The notes beneath the pieces were generated by a model. The model ran no database searches, was not told where the DNA came from, and was given only the letters and a program-made list of their open reading frames with translations. A program made the position numbers and the translations under genes. A stretch of DNA of 59,305 nucleotides, the filler included, from Sphacelaria rigidula (lineage: Eukaryota), in the NCBI GenBank assembly GCA_964200075.2. It is 5 parts of 5 records of this genome, joined end to end, with 100 filler letters (N's around TTAATTAATTAA, not from the genome) between each part and the next. Parts side by side here need not be neighbours in the genome. Positions count along the whole stretch, not along the records: positions 35,647 to 47,426 come from CAXNAA020004513.1; positions 47,527 to 59,305 come from CAXNAA020004514.1; 3 more parts are not named here. The stretch is one strand, 5' to 3'. This document shows positions 38,147 to 49,506 of the stretch, in pieces. Position 1 is the first letter of the stretch. Each line of letters opens with the position of its first letter.

Positions 38147-41100
38147 CGAGCGGCCCGTTTGGCACGAGGTGCTTGCTTGCAAGATGTCTTCGGTCAAACT
38201 CCATTGTCGCGTTGTGGGATGTGAATTTATTTGCTTGTATCGTGGGATAAGCGGAGCGCATGTTCGGTACAAAAAAAACCGATGACGAGTGCGCTTGATC
38301 GACCCCGTTTTTTTTTTTTTGTCGTTGCCACAAGAAGACCAAAAATAGGTCACTTTTTTTTCTTCAGAGCTTTTTTGTGTAATTGTTTGAAGGATTTGGC
38401 GCGTCGTTTGTGTTGTTGCGACTGAAGGGTGGTGATGGCTGTGAAGTATGAACGCTTGCCGGGCAGGGGTGTTGAGCGGCACTGGGATGCAGTCTCCTTT
38501 GGCGGAACCCCAGTTGTTGGTGGGATGTGAGATGTTGCTCTAGAGGGATGCACTTTTTAGACCCAAACTCGCCTGAGGTTGCACACGTGGGCCAAGATTG
38601 TTGTTTTTCTGAGAGGCTCTTGACGTGAAGAGCCTCAGCAAGTTTTTCTGTACGCCTACCGTGGCACCACTCTCCTGTGAAGAGACGTAACGTCCGGTGC
38701 GGATGTCGTGAACTCCGTCATCGCTCCTTTGTCGAGATCGTGAAAACGAGATTTTTGTGTCCAACTAGCCGTAACCTTTGCTTGTTTCTTCCTGGGTGAA
38801 ACGGTGTGGTATCTGTATTGTTTGCGACTACCAAGACAAGTCGTTCATGGATGGGAGCTGGAACCGTCGTTTGCTCGAAACGCTAGGGTACACGCTCCCA
38901 TAGGGCGTTGTTGTGTTTTGATACCGTTCGTTGTAGATTGTGAGTTTTTTATTCGCGAGGGGACGAATCATGTACTCGTTGCTTGTTCGATGGGCCCGTC
39001 TCATCACGTTGCTATCGGGTGCGCTGCTTTATGCGAATCAAGGCTGCGAAAGAGACGATCGGTTTGGACGTTCTGGTGGGGTCTGTTTGTTGTGACTGCA
39101 CTACTGTTGGTCTGCGCAAACCGCAAAAAACGAAACAGTTTTTTTTCTCACCTACCTCCGCTCTGTTACCTTGAATGTATGGTCATCAGTTCTCAACAAG
39201 AGCTGCCAGTCACCATATCGCGGGGGTTATACAGGGGATAAGCTACAAACGCGGTGTGGGGTTTGTTGTGGATTAAAAGATTTTGGGTACTTCAACGAGT
39301 AACACCCAAGCTTGACATTTTCGTTCAAGTTGGACAGGTCAATTGATGGAGGCCGTGACATATCTGTGCGTCCGCAAATACCACGCTACTGTTATAAGTG
39401 TTGCTGAAAACGTACGGTGCTCGCTAGGGCTCGCCTCGCCCAGTGGCGGAGTGAACATCGCGCACCGCCGGCACTTCTTACTCGTGCACCGAGTCGTGGA
39501 ACGGTTTTGCAACCTGTACACAAAGCGCGCATCTTATCTTGCGAGGCCCGCCACGCCAGGTAGTATTCACCCTGTTGGAACCGTTGGTGGAAAAGTGACG
39601 ATTTACAATTGACGTTGATCCAGCCGACCAAAACGGTGCACCACTCCAAGGCCAAGTATACTTATGTGAAAAATTCGTGCACCGAACTCGAAGTGACGAT
39701 TTCCCGGTGACGAAAGCTCGCATATTGAAGTTCGTACTGTTTTTCGCGAGTTCCGTAAGAGTTGATACGCACACCCATTCGTGTACTTCGTGCCTTGCGC
39801 ACGGGCAGTCGGGATGTGTGATCAAGTGCTCATGCGTGACTGAATAATGGTGCCTGTTCACTCCCGAGACTGGCTGGTTCACGTCCGGAGAGAGCTAGGG
39901 GTCCAACAGAGAGAGTGCGAATCATTCGTTGCGTTTGGTGGCGCGTCCCCATCGCAAAGACGAGTGATGCTACGGTAGAGGTGCACAAATATTTTCTGAG
40001 GTTAGAATTGTTAGGAGCCCCTCATCTCATGCAAAACACGACCTTTGGAAATATGTTAAAGTACGCCAGGATTACTATTTTAATGTGCTGGGGATATCCC
40101 GAATGAATTTGCAAACGGGGATGCCCTGACTCATATTTTTATGCATTAAGAATCGTTAGGAGCCCCTGAACTAGACATAATTTCGCGAAAAAAGTGCACC
40201 CCTACCGTAGCATTGCTCAAACATGAAATACACCGCAACGAATGGCCGTCCTCTCCTTCACCGGAAAACGTCGCAGCGCGGGGGGAATCACAGCACCACA
40301 CACCATGTCCATAGCTGCGCACGTTCCAGGCCATGGCCATGTGTTACGTACACGCTATTGGATTATGGAGCATAAAATTGGTCGCCTGGTCACTCTGGTG
40401 TACTGTTGTGACTGCGGCCGCGCGTCTCGGATCCGTTCGTTTCCTGATGATACTCAAACCAAGGATGCCCGACACTTTGGGAGAGCAAGTTAATGTTTTT
40501 CCAAACACGAAAGCGAGCGCGCATCAATTACTTTTAGGCCATACATATCCCTAGTTGTTCCTCGTCGCGTGCCCCCGCTCAGGGCTACAAAAGCTACGAG
40601 GGTAGTCTAGCAGGCGGGGGCAAGGAAAGGTAAGATACACAATTAATTACTTCTGTATTTGATGCACCTCGTGGATGGCTGGCCTGAAGAGTGCAGTACA
40701 TGCTTGAGAAACGGGACCGGAGGCCGCCTTTCATTGCGCATCCCCGAACTAGGCCCAAGTAAACGACAGTCAGCATCCTACCGTTTACAGGCAATACACA
40801 CCCGAAGGTGTACCTTATATCCACTGAAGAAAACTCCACAGGGTTTCTCACCAAGGCCTGAGGGAAGACGGCTTCCCTGTCCCCCCGTCAGGTATCAATG
40901 AAGGGCGGTAGAGTTTTTATAACCGCATACAACACTAATGGGGGTACGGAGAGCTTCTTCTCCATGAAAATACGTGTTTTTCAACCTGCAAAGCGTTTCA
41001 TGCGCATTGTTTTCTAATACGAACGGTAACTTGTTGATTTCTGTTCCGTTCTCCACGGACTGCCTGATGCTAATCCCAGAAAAGTTTGGTATTGCTGTTC

Positions 41101-41819
41101 GACGGTATCTTCGCGTGTTTAGGCGGACCCTAGGCGGCCACCTTCCCTCAGGTCTTGAGAGTCGTCCAAATTAGGTGGATGTAGTTGAGAAAAATCAACT
41201 GTTTAGCTTTCTACCTGTTATGAACTTCGGTCGGGAGTATGTACGGTAGAGCAACGAAAGCTAGCTATGATCGGGTTTGCCTGCCGTACTACCGACAGCG
41301 TTGCGTGAAAACCACAAGGCCTTTGCTGTCGGCGGTTGATGGCGTGGGTCTCAAAAGCAACGACAAGTGGTTGATCGTAGAGCACTCTCGTCCCAGCTTG
41401 TAATGCATGATCTCCTCACATCGGAATAATCCTTGAAAGCTACTCGTATTGTACCGAGGTGTGCACGCGACCAGCGTGTGCTCCAGATTGCAGCATGGAC
41501 GGACTCCTATGCGCCACACTAGCAACAATTACTTCACCACCATAGGTATATGTTTTCACTCCGCATGTCAGAAATGTCTCCACAAGTGTTTGATCTCTCA
41601 TACACCCCCCTCAACTGGCGTATGGCACGCTGTTCTCGTCGGGAACCCAGAGGGTCAGATGTGGGTAAAATCAACGATGAATGACACCACCCAAGTTCAA
41701 ATTGAATCTATTTGTTATGGCCGAACCACCGCCCTTGCTGGCATGTGTGTGACAGACAACAGTAGCGGCGGTGACGGGAACATTGCCCTGTTTTTCAACA
41801 TGTTTTTCAGCGCACAGAG

Positions 41820-43325
41820 GCGCGTCCTGTCCAAAAGGAGAGGCAGAGAGAGATCGATCTTCGCATTGGTGAACTTGACAGGCAATTGTAAGAAGAGAGG
41901 AAATCTCTCCACAGCTCGATATTTCGGGACATGGAAAATTGGGCACATGCTGGTAACATCGATGATGCCAGTCTCTCGAGAGTTTGGTAATCGCCCAGCT
42001 AGGACACGCGAAGGATATGAGCGAGGAGGGTCCTCTCTGTCATTGCTTCTCTGGTGATATCGTCATCGACACGCGTGTATACCGCATTCGTTAGGTGCAC
42101 TTAGCCACAGCTGCTTAACTGCTGCGAACATTTGGGGGGGAAGATGGCTTCGCTCGGTCGTAAGTGTTTCGCGTCATGCCTGCAAAAACAAAATGCCACT
42201 TCAACCTCATTTTTGAGATGGACCCCATTTTCCAGGATCCACTGTTCATTGACAACTGCCACACGCCATACAAATTTGGATGTCGATAACCGAAATGTTG
42301 TGGTCCCAAGTGAAAAGCCATCTTTGGAGGATTTTAGTTATCCGATCGAACGCCAAAACTGGTTTTTCACCTAGGATCCCAACATTTCGGTCATCGAAAT
42401 CCAAATTTGTACGGCGTGTAGCAGTTGTCAATACCTACCAGCAAGTGAAGGAAGGGAAGCATACTTCGAAGATTCGGTGTGGATACGAAGATTATACTGA
42501 AATTTCCATTGCCAATTTGTAAAATCCCGTGTTAGAGGCCCGTCCTGTCCAAAAAGAGAGGCAGAAAGGAATCGCTCCTAGCACCGGTCAGCGCAACAGA
42601 CTAGACACGCATACATCAAAGTAACCGGGGCCCTATATCTTCTTTTGGGCTGTCCAGCTAAACGTTTACCGTTTTTGTGTCGACGAAAGGGCTGGCAAAT
42701 AATGGTGGGTGTGGTGATACCCCGATGCCGATCTCTCGACGGATTGGGAATCAACATGGAAATTGACAAATTTGGGATTGATCTTTTACTACTGGAGATG
42801 AAAACCCGGAGAATTAAATTTTTCGTATCCACACCAAGTCTTCGAAGTATGCTCCCATTACTTCACTTACTACTGGTAGCTACTGACAACTACTACACGC
42901 CATGCAAATTTGGATTTCGACAACTGGAATATTGTTGTCTTAGGTGAAAGAACAATTTGGGGGATTTGGGGTGTCCGATCGGACGCGATAATTGTTTTTT
43001 ACCTATAGGACCCCGATATTTCGTTATCGAAATCCAAATTTGTATGGCGTGTAGTAGTTGTCAATAGCTACCAGCAAGTGAAGAAATGGAAGCATACTTT
43101 GAAGATTTGGTGTGGATACGAAGATTTGAATTCTTCGATTTTTCGTCCCCAATAAAAGATCCATCCGGAATTTGTATCATCCCGTGTTTATCGCCGAATG
43201 AAGACACACATGAAGGATACGGGCTGGGAGTTTTCTCTCGGCGATTGCAGCTCCGGTGACATCGCCATCGACACGCATGTAGAACGAATGAACTGGATGC
43301 ACACAGCCACACCTGCTTAGTTTTC
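41820..43325. repeat. Cluster of two related fold-back hairpins and duplicated flanks (probable non-autonomous TE remnants)
   Basis: Hairpins at 42248-42432 and ~42812-43132 share sequence. Direct repeats at 41823/42542 and 42050-42117/43251-43320. Confidence 0.75.
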
Positions 43326-46300
43326 ACCACAAATAAAACAGCAGAAAGCGCATTCCTATCGCAAACTACTTCTGGGGTAATGTCGAAAGTACAAACACAG
43401 GTTCAACCTTACCGCGATTTTGAAACCCATTTTTGAGGAGACCCTCTTTCAAGTACATCTTATTCCGCAGTCAGGCGCTGATGCTGTTGTGTAATCCCCG
43501 AAGCTCGACCATCAAGTGATATTTGAATGTGAGGGTAGTTCGAATTTTCAAGATCTTAGAAGATGATGCTATTAACGTCGTTGTGATCTTGACTGCATTA
43601 TTGATTGGCAGCAGGAGGTGGCGCTGGCAATAACCCCGCCTGTCAACGACAGAAAAACGAGGTCAGACATCAGTCGTACACTTTGTTTCAACCATCGCGG
43701 TAAATAGCCAATGTCACAAAGAGAGATTAAGGTAGATGTGATCGCTGTTATAATTACTACTTCATGAGTTTTGCTCTGGGCTGATAGAAAAACTGCTTCC
43801 TTGTAATTGTTATTTTCTCACTATTCACCACGTATATCCACGAATATCCACATATATCCATGCCATACATCACCGGCTGTCCTTACAGTTTTCCAAAAAC
43901 AGTGCATCCGCAGACAGTCTCCCCCCCATCCCTCTCGCCCCTACCCGCCCCCTCATACCCCAAAACAACCAATCGAAACGGTATCTCCCATACCCACAAG
44001 ACAGACAACAGCGGACCACGGCGAGCCATCCAGAAATGAAAGATTGTGGTCTCTCTGTCGATCTCTTTCCCCCCTGTGCGCCTCAAATCCTAGAAAATTT
44101 GCACCCATAGTGATTCTGACTTGAAAATGGAAACGCATATCAACACCCGCAAAAAAAGCATATGAGGGGTAAGAAGAAGGCCTGCCTGCTCCACTCATTG
44201 TTCTGGATAAAATGATATGCCGTGTGCTTTCATGGAGGAACCTGTGCTGTCTGTCCAACCCGCATGAAAAATTGCTGTGTGTGAGCCCGTTGAGTTGGGT
44301 GCTACGAACTCTCACTCAGCAGTCTACTGTAGCGTGTCGTTTCTATTCTCTACCGAAACCTGACAAGTTCATTCAGTGACTGATGCGTCACATGCCACCC
44401 CCTGCCTACTATTTTTTCCCCGTCCCACCACCCGTCCGTGCGCATACACGATGAGGGTCCAAAAATAGGCACGTATACCAATATACGTGAACTTCAAACG
44501 CGCCGCAACATCATCCTGATTTGTTTTTTTCTTGGTTGCCATGGGTACCAACTATTGCAAGCGTAGCGCCGTTGACTTCATTCAGACAAATGTGTGATTC
44601 CGTGATGACTTGCTGAGCACCGCCTACAGAAGGATTCACGTGTAAATAGCTGATACTATTACCCCTCCCCCCTTGAACACCGCGCTCACACGCCATGCAA
44701 TATGCAACACCACGCCCAGATATATATGCGGCCTTTGCAGCCCGATCTACGGTTGAGTAAGTCCCACTCGCAGGCACGAATGGTGGAAACGTAGCTTGCC
44801 ATGTGCACAACGTCGTCGATGGGCACAATAACAACGACTCGATCGATCCAATCAATCGAGCTCCTATTTCTCCACATTCCTAACCATGACTTTTTTTTTG
44901 CGAGCACGGATGAGACAAAACCCAATTCGGGATGCAAGCAACGAACTATTATACCCACCTCCGATACCCACTATAATTGTACTGCACAGCACACAAACAG
45001 CGCAACCCCCAGCAATAAGAAAACAAGATGCACAATACACACTTTGAATAAAGGGGGTCGATCCAACAATATGAAAGAAACAAGAGTGTATCCTCTAGTC
45101 CAACAAGAGGTTGACAATGCACGGAAGTAAAACACTGACCCCAGTCGACGAACCAGCCAGCAAACTGACCGCCAAATAAGACAGAAAAGCAGCTTGGTCG
45201 AAACACCGTTGTGGCTACGTATAAGGGGCGCTACGAAACTGCAGATTGCATCCATCCCGCGATCATCTCTGAGGAGCTGCTGCGGCAAGAACCCTAACCT
45301 CGGCCAGCCGTTAGCCGCACGGAAATCGCGCCGCAGGCTATCTCTACCATGATCGGGAAAATAAAATACGCGTCTGCGACCAATATGCGTTCTCGAGTTT
45401 TGCCAGGACGCTGTGCACCCGAAATTTCGCAAAACGTCGATACCCTACTCGTACTGCATGTTGTTGTGTTTTTACTGTTCTCTCTTCTATTGTCATCTAG
45501 CTTGCAGCACGCCCATCCAAGTCTTTACGTGATGAACGCACATCCTTGCGCCCATGATCTAGGGTGCATAACGCTCCACGAGAGAAACGAGCCAGTAACG
45601 ACGGGGTACTGTACTTTTCGGAGACGATCGCGACTTATACTCGACACGTGCACGAACAGAGGCGCACGCACGGCGGGAACACGGCAATGTAACGCACCAA
45701 AGCACCCCCCCTCACGACGGCCGAAACCCAACTGACGCTGACTGTGTAAAAAAATCAAGACCGCGTGATGTCTTCCGAAGATGGCAATTTCGTTGCCCTT
45801 CTAGACGTGTCTCGATGCGGTAAGAAAGCAACACACACTAGCAAGAGGCCATCACTGCCGCCGCAACCGCATCGGAGTTGAGCTGGAACACGCGAATCAT
45901 CCGCACGAAGGGGGTTCATACATACTCCGTCAGCCTACGGTACGACTGGCTTGATGTCTCAGTTCGCGTACGGGCACTTCTAGACGAGAAGCTGCACTAT
46001 TTCCTTTCGTCATCATGCAACAAATTCGTGACGCATACGCTGGGGGCGTCATGAACAAAAGAAAAAGAAAAAGACGGTGAGTCATTTTTGGGACCGCGGT
46101 GGCTGGCTTCAGCAACTCATTCTGACTCCAATCTAGACCTTGCCAAGCGAAAAAGACATGACTGGAAGTCTCAAGATCACGCTTGCTCAAATACTTGCAG
46201 GTTTGTTTCTCCTCTGTTCTCCTCGTCCTGTTTTTTTTCGTCCACGCAAGTCAGTCAACCAGCAGCCGTGATGTTTCTACAGTACATGAAAAACAAGAGC

Positions 46301-46391
46301 GATACGATACCCCTTCCCTATAGTACGCGTCTTTTGAAGCAGTAAATACTGGAGGAAAGCAGGAAATATTGAAGGACGAGCGTCCACCCCT

Positions 46392-46769
46392 TCAGTCACG
46401 CGCGAGCTCTTGCATGAGCAACTGAATCGCTTTCAAAGACCTCGCGTTTCGACCGCCGCCGATCACAATGCCACCGTCGACGCCCTTCCCTCGTCTGCCA
46501 CCCCCGCCCTTTTTGGGAGATGCGACACCCTTCGTGCCGCCACCACCGCTTTTCACCGGAGATGCGACACCCTTGAGGCCTATACCGCCGCCTTTTATCG
46601 GAGATCCGACCGCCCTGAAACCGACGCCGCTGCTGCCCTTTGTCGGAGATCCGGAGCCCCTCATGCCCCCGCCGACGCCACTGCCCTTGAATTCGGCGGC
46701 TGCCTTGCGGGCAAGAATGTCAGATATGCTCTCCAGGCGCTGTACATTCTTGGGCTCGTTGCAGGCGTC
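46392..46769 (-). CDS. Probable terminal exon of an unidentified gene, Gly/Lys-rich with SPxK repeats
   Basis: Acceptor AACAG precedes DACNEPKNVQRLESISDILARKAA; GC-rich open frame to a TGA at 46394-46392. No family recognised. Confidence 0.5.
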   Translation of the reverse strand, partial: DACNEPKNVQRLESISDILARKAAAEFKGSGVGGGMRGSGSPTKGSSGVGFRAVGSPIKGGGIGLKGVASPVKSGGGGTKGVASPKKGGGGRRGKGVDGGIVIGGGRNARSLKAIQLLMQELARD

Positions 46770-47254
46770 CTGTTCATTTTTGTTTTTTTTGTTTTTTGGG
46801 GATAACGTGTTATGACAAAAAGCTTTCGGCGGCGGGGGTGGTAATGCTGCTGCTGGTGGCATTAGTATCCTCATGTGTCATATTCAAGTGTAGATAAAAG
46901 AGTGGTCAATTTCATGTGTGAGTGCGTCCCCAATGGATATACTGGTAATTATTTTGTACCATGAGCCAGAAGTCTGGTCGGCTATGGGCAGTACTTTGTT
47001 TCGGTGCAACGGTGTTGACGATGACCTTATAGTAGGGTTCTATAGAAAGATAAAGCGCATATGAAGCTGATGAGTAAAAAGGAAAGAAAAAAAAGAATCT
47101 CGTTTTCAATGCTAAAATCAGGTCAAAATATACCCCATTTTGGCATTTTATTTGAGAAACGTTATGAGATTTTCATGAGATCGTTTCTCTCAAGAATTCG
47201 TGTTGAACATCCTACACCTAGCCCACAGATATCACACCAAGATCGGTTTGCCCC

Positions 47255-47426
47255 CGAGTACTCCCCCCCCCCCACCTTGCCTGGTTAGACACCCATGAGG
47301 CAGTGTATAAGCCGTGGCTGTCTCTGAAAGTGGTGATACCACAGAATAAAGCAACTCATTGGAGGCTGTCACCCCAATGCAAGATAATGAGTAGGGTTCG
47401 GGCCGGATCATCTTAGCAGGCTGCAG
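47255..47426 (+). repeat. Copy of the same dispersed repeat, cut by the contig end
   Basis: ACCCATGAGGCAGTGT...AAGCAACT.ATT.GAGGCTGT...AATGCAAGATAAT.AGTAGG.TTCGGGCCG is shared with 37003-37140. Confidence 0.8.
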
Positions 47427-47526
47427 NNNNNNNNNNNNNNNNNNNNNNNNNNNNNNNNNNNNNNNNNNNNTTAATTAATTAANNNNNNNNNNNNNNNNNN
47501 NNNNNNNNNNNNNNNNNNNNNNNNNN
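47427..47526. other. Artificial contig-joining spacer
   Basis: Same 100-bp linker. Confidence 0.98.
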
Positions 47527-47541
47527 CACGTACGTCACCTC

Positions 47542-47639
47542 AAAAAAATCGGGGGAGTCACGATCTCGGAACGGTTTTCCCCGATTTTTCGGGGAAAATG
47601 AGGGAAAACCGTTCCGAGATCGTGACTCCCCGATTTTTT
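47542..47639. repeat. Inverted repeat with ~38-bp arms
   Basis: AAATCGGGGGAGTCACGATCTCGGAACGGTTTTCCC ... GGGAAAACCGTTCCGAGATCGTGACTCCCCGATTT. Confidence 0.85.
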
Positions 47640-48301
47640 CGGCCCCGATGTGGCCCAAATCGGTGTCCATAGAATGCGTTCCCCGATTTTTTTTCCCCCG
47701 ATTTTGAAAAAATCAAGATTCGTGCTTGCCATAAAAGTGGGTCTTACACCCGTTTCTACGCTGGCCCAGCTCGTACTCAACCTCATGCAATACCATGCGA
47801 ACAGTTTGCAGCACGTTCAATAATACATGCAGTTACAATCGGTGACATGACACGTGTCCGCTTCTCAGGCAGCCTTTTTTCGGCCGTCTTGTCACGACGC
47901 ATTATGTCCTAGAAGAGACGCCGTGGTAGGAAAGATAAAATCAGGGAAAACTACACGACCATTAGTAATGCACCAAGCTGGAGACGTTGAGGGCACGAGA
48001 AACGATCTGCCCGTCCAGAGAGGGGGGAAGGGGGTACATGCATGCACAGCCATTTTTGCCCCTTTTCTACGAACGAACGGCGGTGGAATCTCGATATATA
48101 TATCATGCTGGATCAGACGGCTGGACCAATCGCAGAACGACACAAATGCCAAAACAGCGAGCAGAAACACTACTGTGAAGGGGAACCTTTCTGCAAAACG
48201 AGAACAAAAATTCGGTGTTGTTTGGACAACACAACAACAACAGTACAAATGCGACGATTTGTCAGCAGCAGGATGCAACTGAACTCGGTTGTACATCTTA
48301 C

Positions 48302-48927
48302 CCGTGTAGATATCGGTACCCCAATGCAGCGTGCGCCAGCGGCTCCCCACCAAGCGACGCAAAAAAATCGTAAAGCACAGCCTCTACCTCTCCGCCCGTA
48401 TCCGCGCTCGAGGCAAGCACAGCCGCGAGGGCGTGCTGCGATGCCGGATGTCCAAGCTCTGCCCCCTTGGCATACAGCTGTCTAGCGGCACCTTCGTCTC
48501 TCTTGATGCCAATGTCCGGTCGGCCTTCGTCGTGCGCCCTACCCAGCTGGAAAAGGGTGTCGCCTATGGAAAACCCCGACTCACTTGCGAGGTGGTCAAA
48601 CTCCTCGAGGGCCGTGGCCTTGTCATCTTGCCAGAACCTTTCGAAAATTTGGCGCCCCCAGCGTAGGGCGTCTTCTGGGTGCGTCTGGTCTGTGATCGTC
48701 GTTGTAGTTGATGTTGGTGGACCCTGTCTGGAGGTACTACCGGTTGCTCTAACTCCGCTGGCAGACGTTGCGGTGCTCGTGAGGAGCGCAAGAATGCACA
48801 GGGTGTGACGCATGGCGGCACCACCACCGCGGCCGCGGCCGCGACCAGTATCAGCAATAGCACCCCTGCTGCTGTTGTGGCTATGTGGTGCCGGTTTGGT
48901 CGATTGTCGCAATCGCCTCACTCTCAT
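48302..48927 (-). CDS. Sel1-repeat protein, SEL1L/HRD3-like, first exon
   Basis: Signal-peptide-like MRHTLCILALLTSTATSA (ATG at 48813; alternative ATG at 48927). Sel1 repeats including AVLYDFFASLGGEPLAHAALGYRYLHG, typical of SEL1L/HRD3. GTAAG donor at 48301. Confidence 0.75.
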
Positions 48928-49506
48928 AATTTACCCACTACTTGACCCTTCTCTGTGTTGGTGCTGTACTGTTCTCTCTAGCCTTCTTCCTGGTCTAACG
49001 TTCTTCAGTTTCACTGCAGAAGGAGGTTTCGGATGTCAACTTCCTCGCAGAACAACAGCACTCTGCTTATATGAACGATAGTAATATCCCTGCGTTCAAT
49101 GGTGCATCTCTGCCGCACCACGGTACTATCTGTCGGTACTGTTCCGAGGTCTGTATCGATTGCCTGTACTGTTGCGTATTTGCTGTATACCGTCCACGTG
49201 GGGCTCGGTGCCCGCTCGCGTTTACATGACCAACTTTCAACGCGTGGCAGAACGACTCATAATGGACCTGCGAGGGCACACCCTTTTGATTGCTGTCACG
49301 GCACCGCAGTGCAGGGTGCTGGTCATTCACCTTGCCCTAGGTGACGGGATTGGATAAGGGCAGAGGCGGGAGGTGGGCAGCGAGTGAGATTGCTTGTGCA
49401 TCAGTGGGTAGGACGCTGTAGTGAAGAAGTACATCAGACCAGCAAAGTTTTTTAATCCGTTACAAAATAACAGTAGTGGTACAGCACTACATCACCTCGT
49501 TGCACA

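Noticed and set aside
38800-45900. Many 60-200 aa ORFs in contig 4
   Set aside because: No recognisable domains; consistent with chance ORFs in intergenic or repeat-derived DNA.
49262-49340. Candidate upstream first exon of the SUN gene (MDLRGHTLLIAV...)
   Set aside because: I could not find a phase-compatible acceptor joining it to the 49507 frame.
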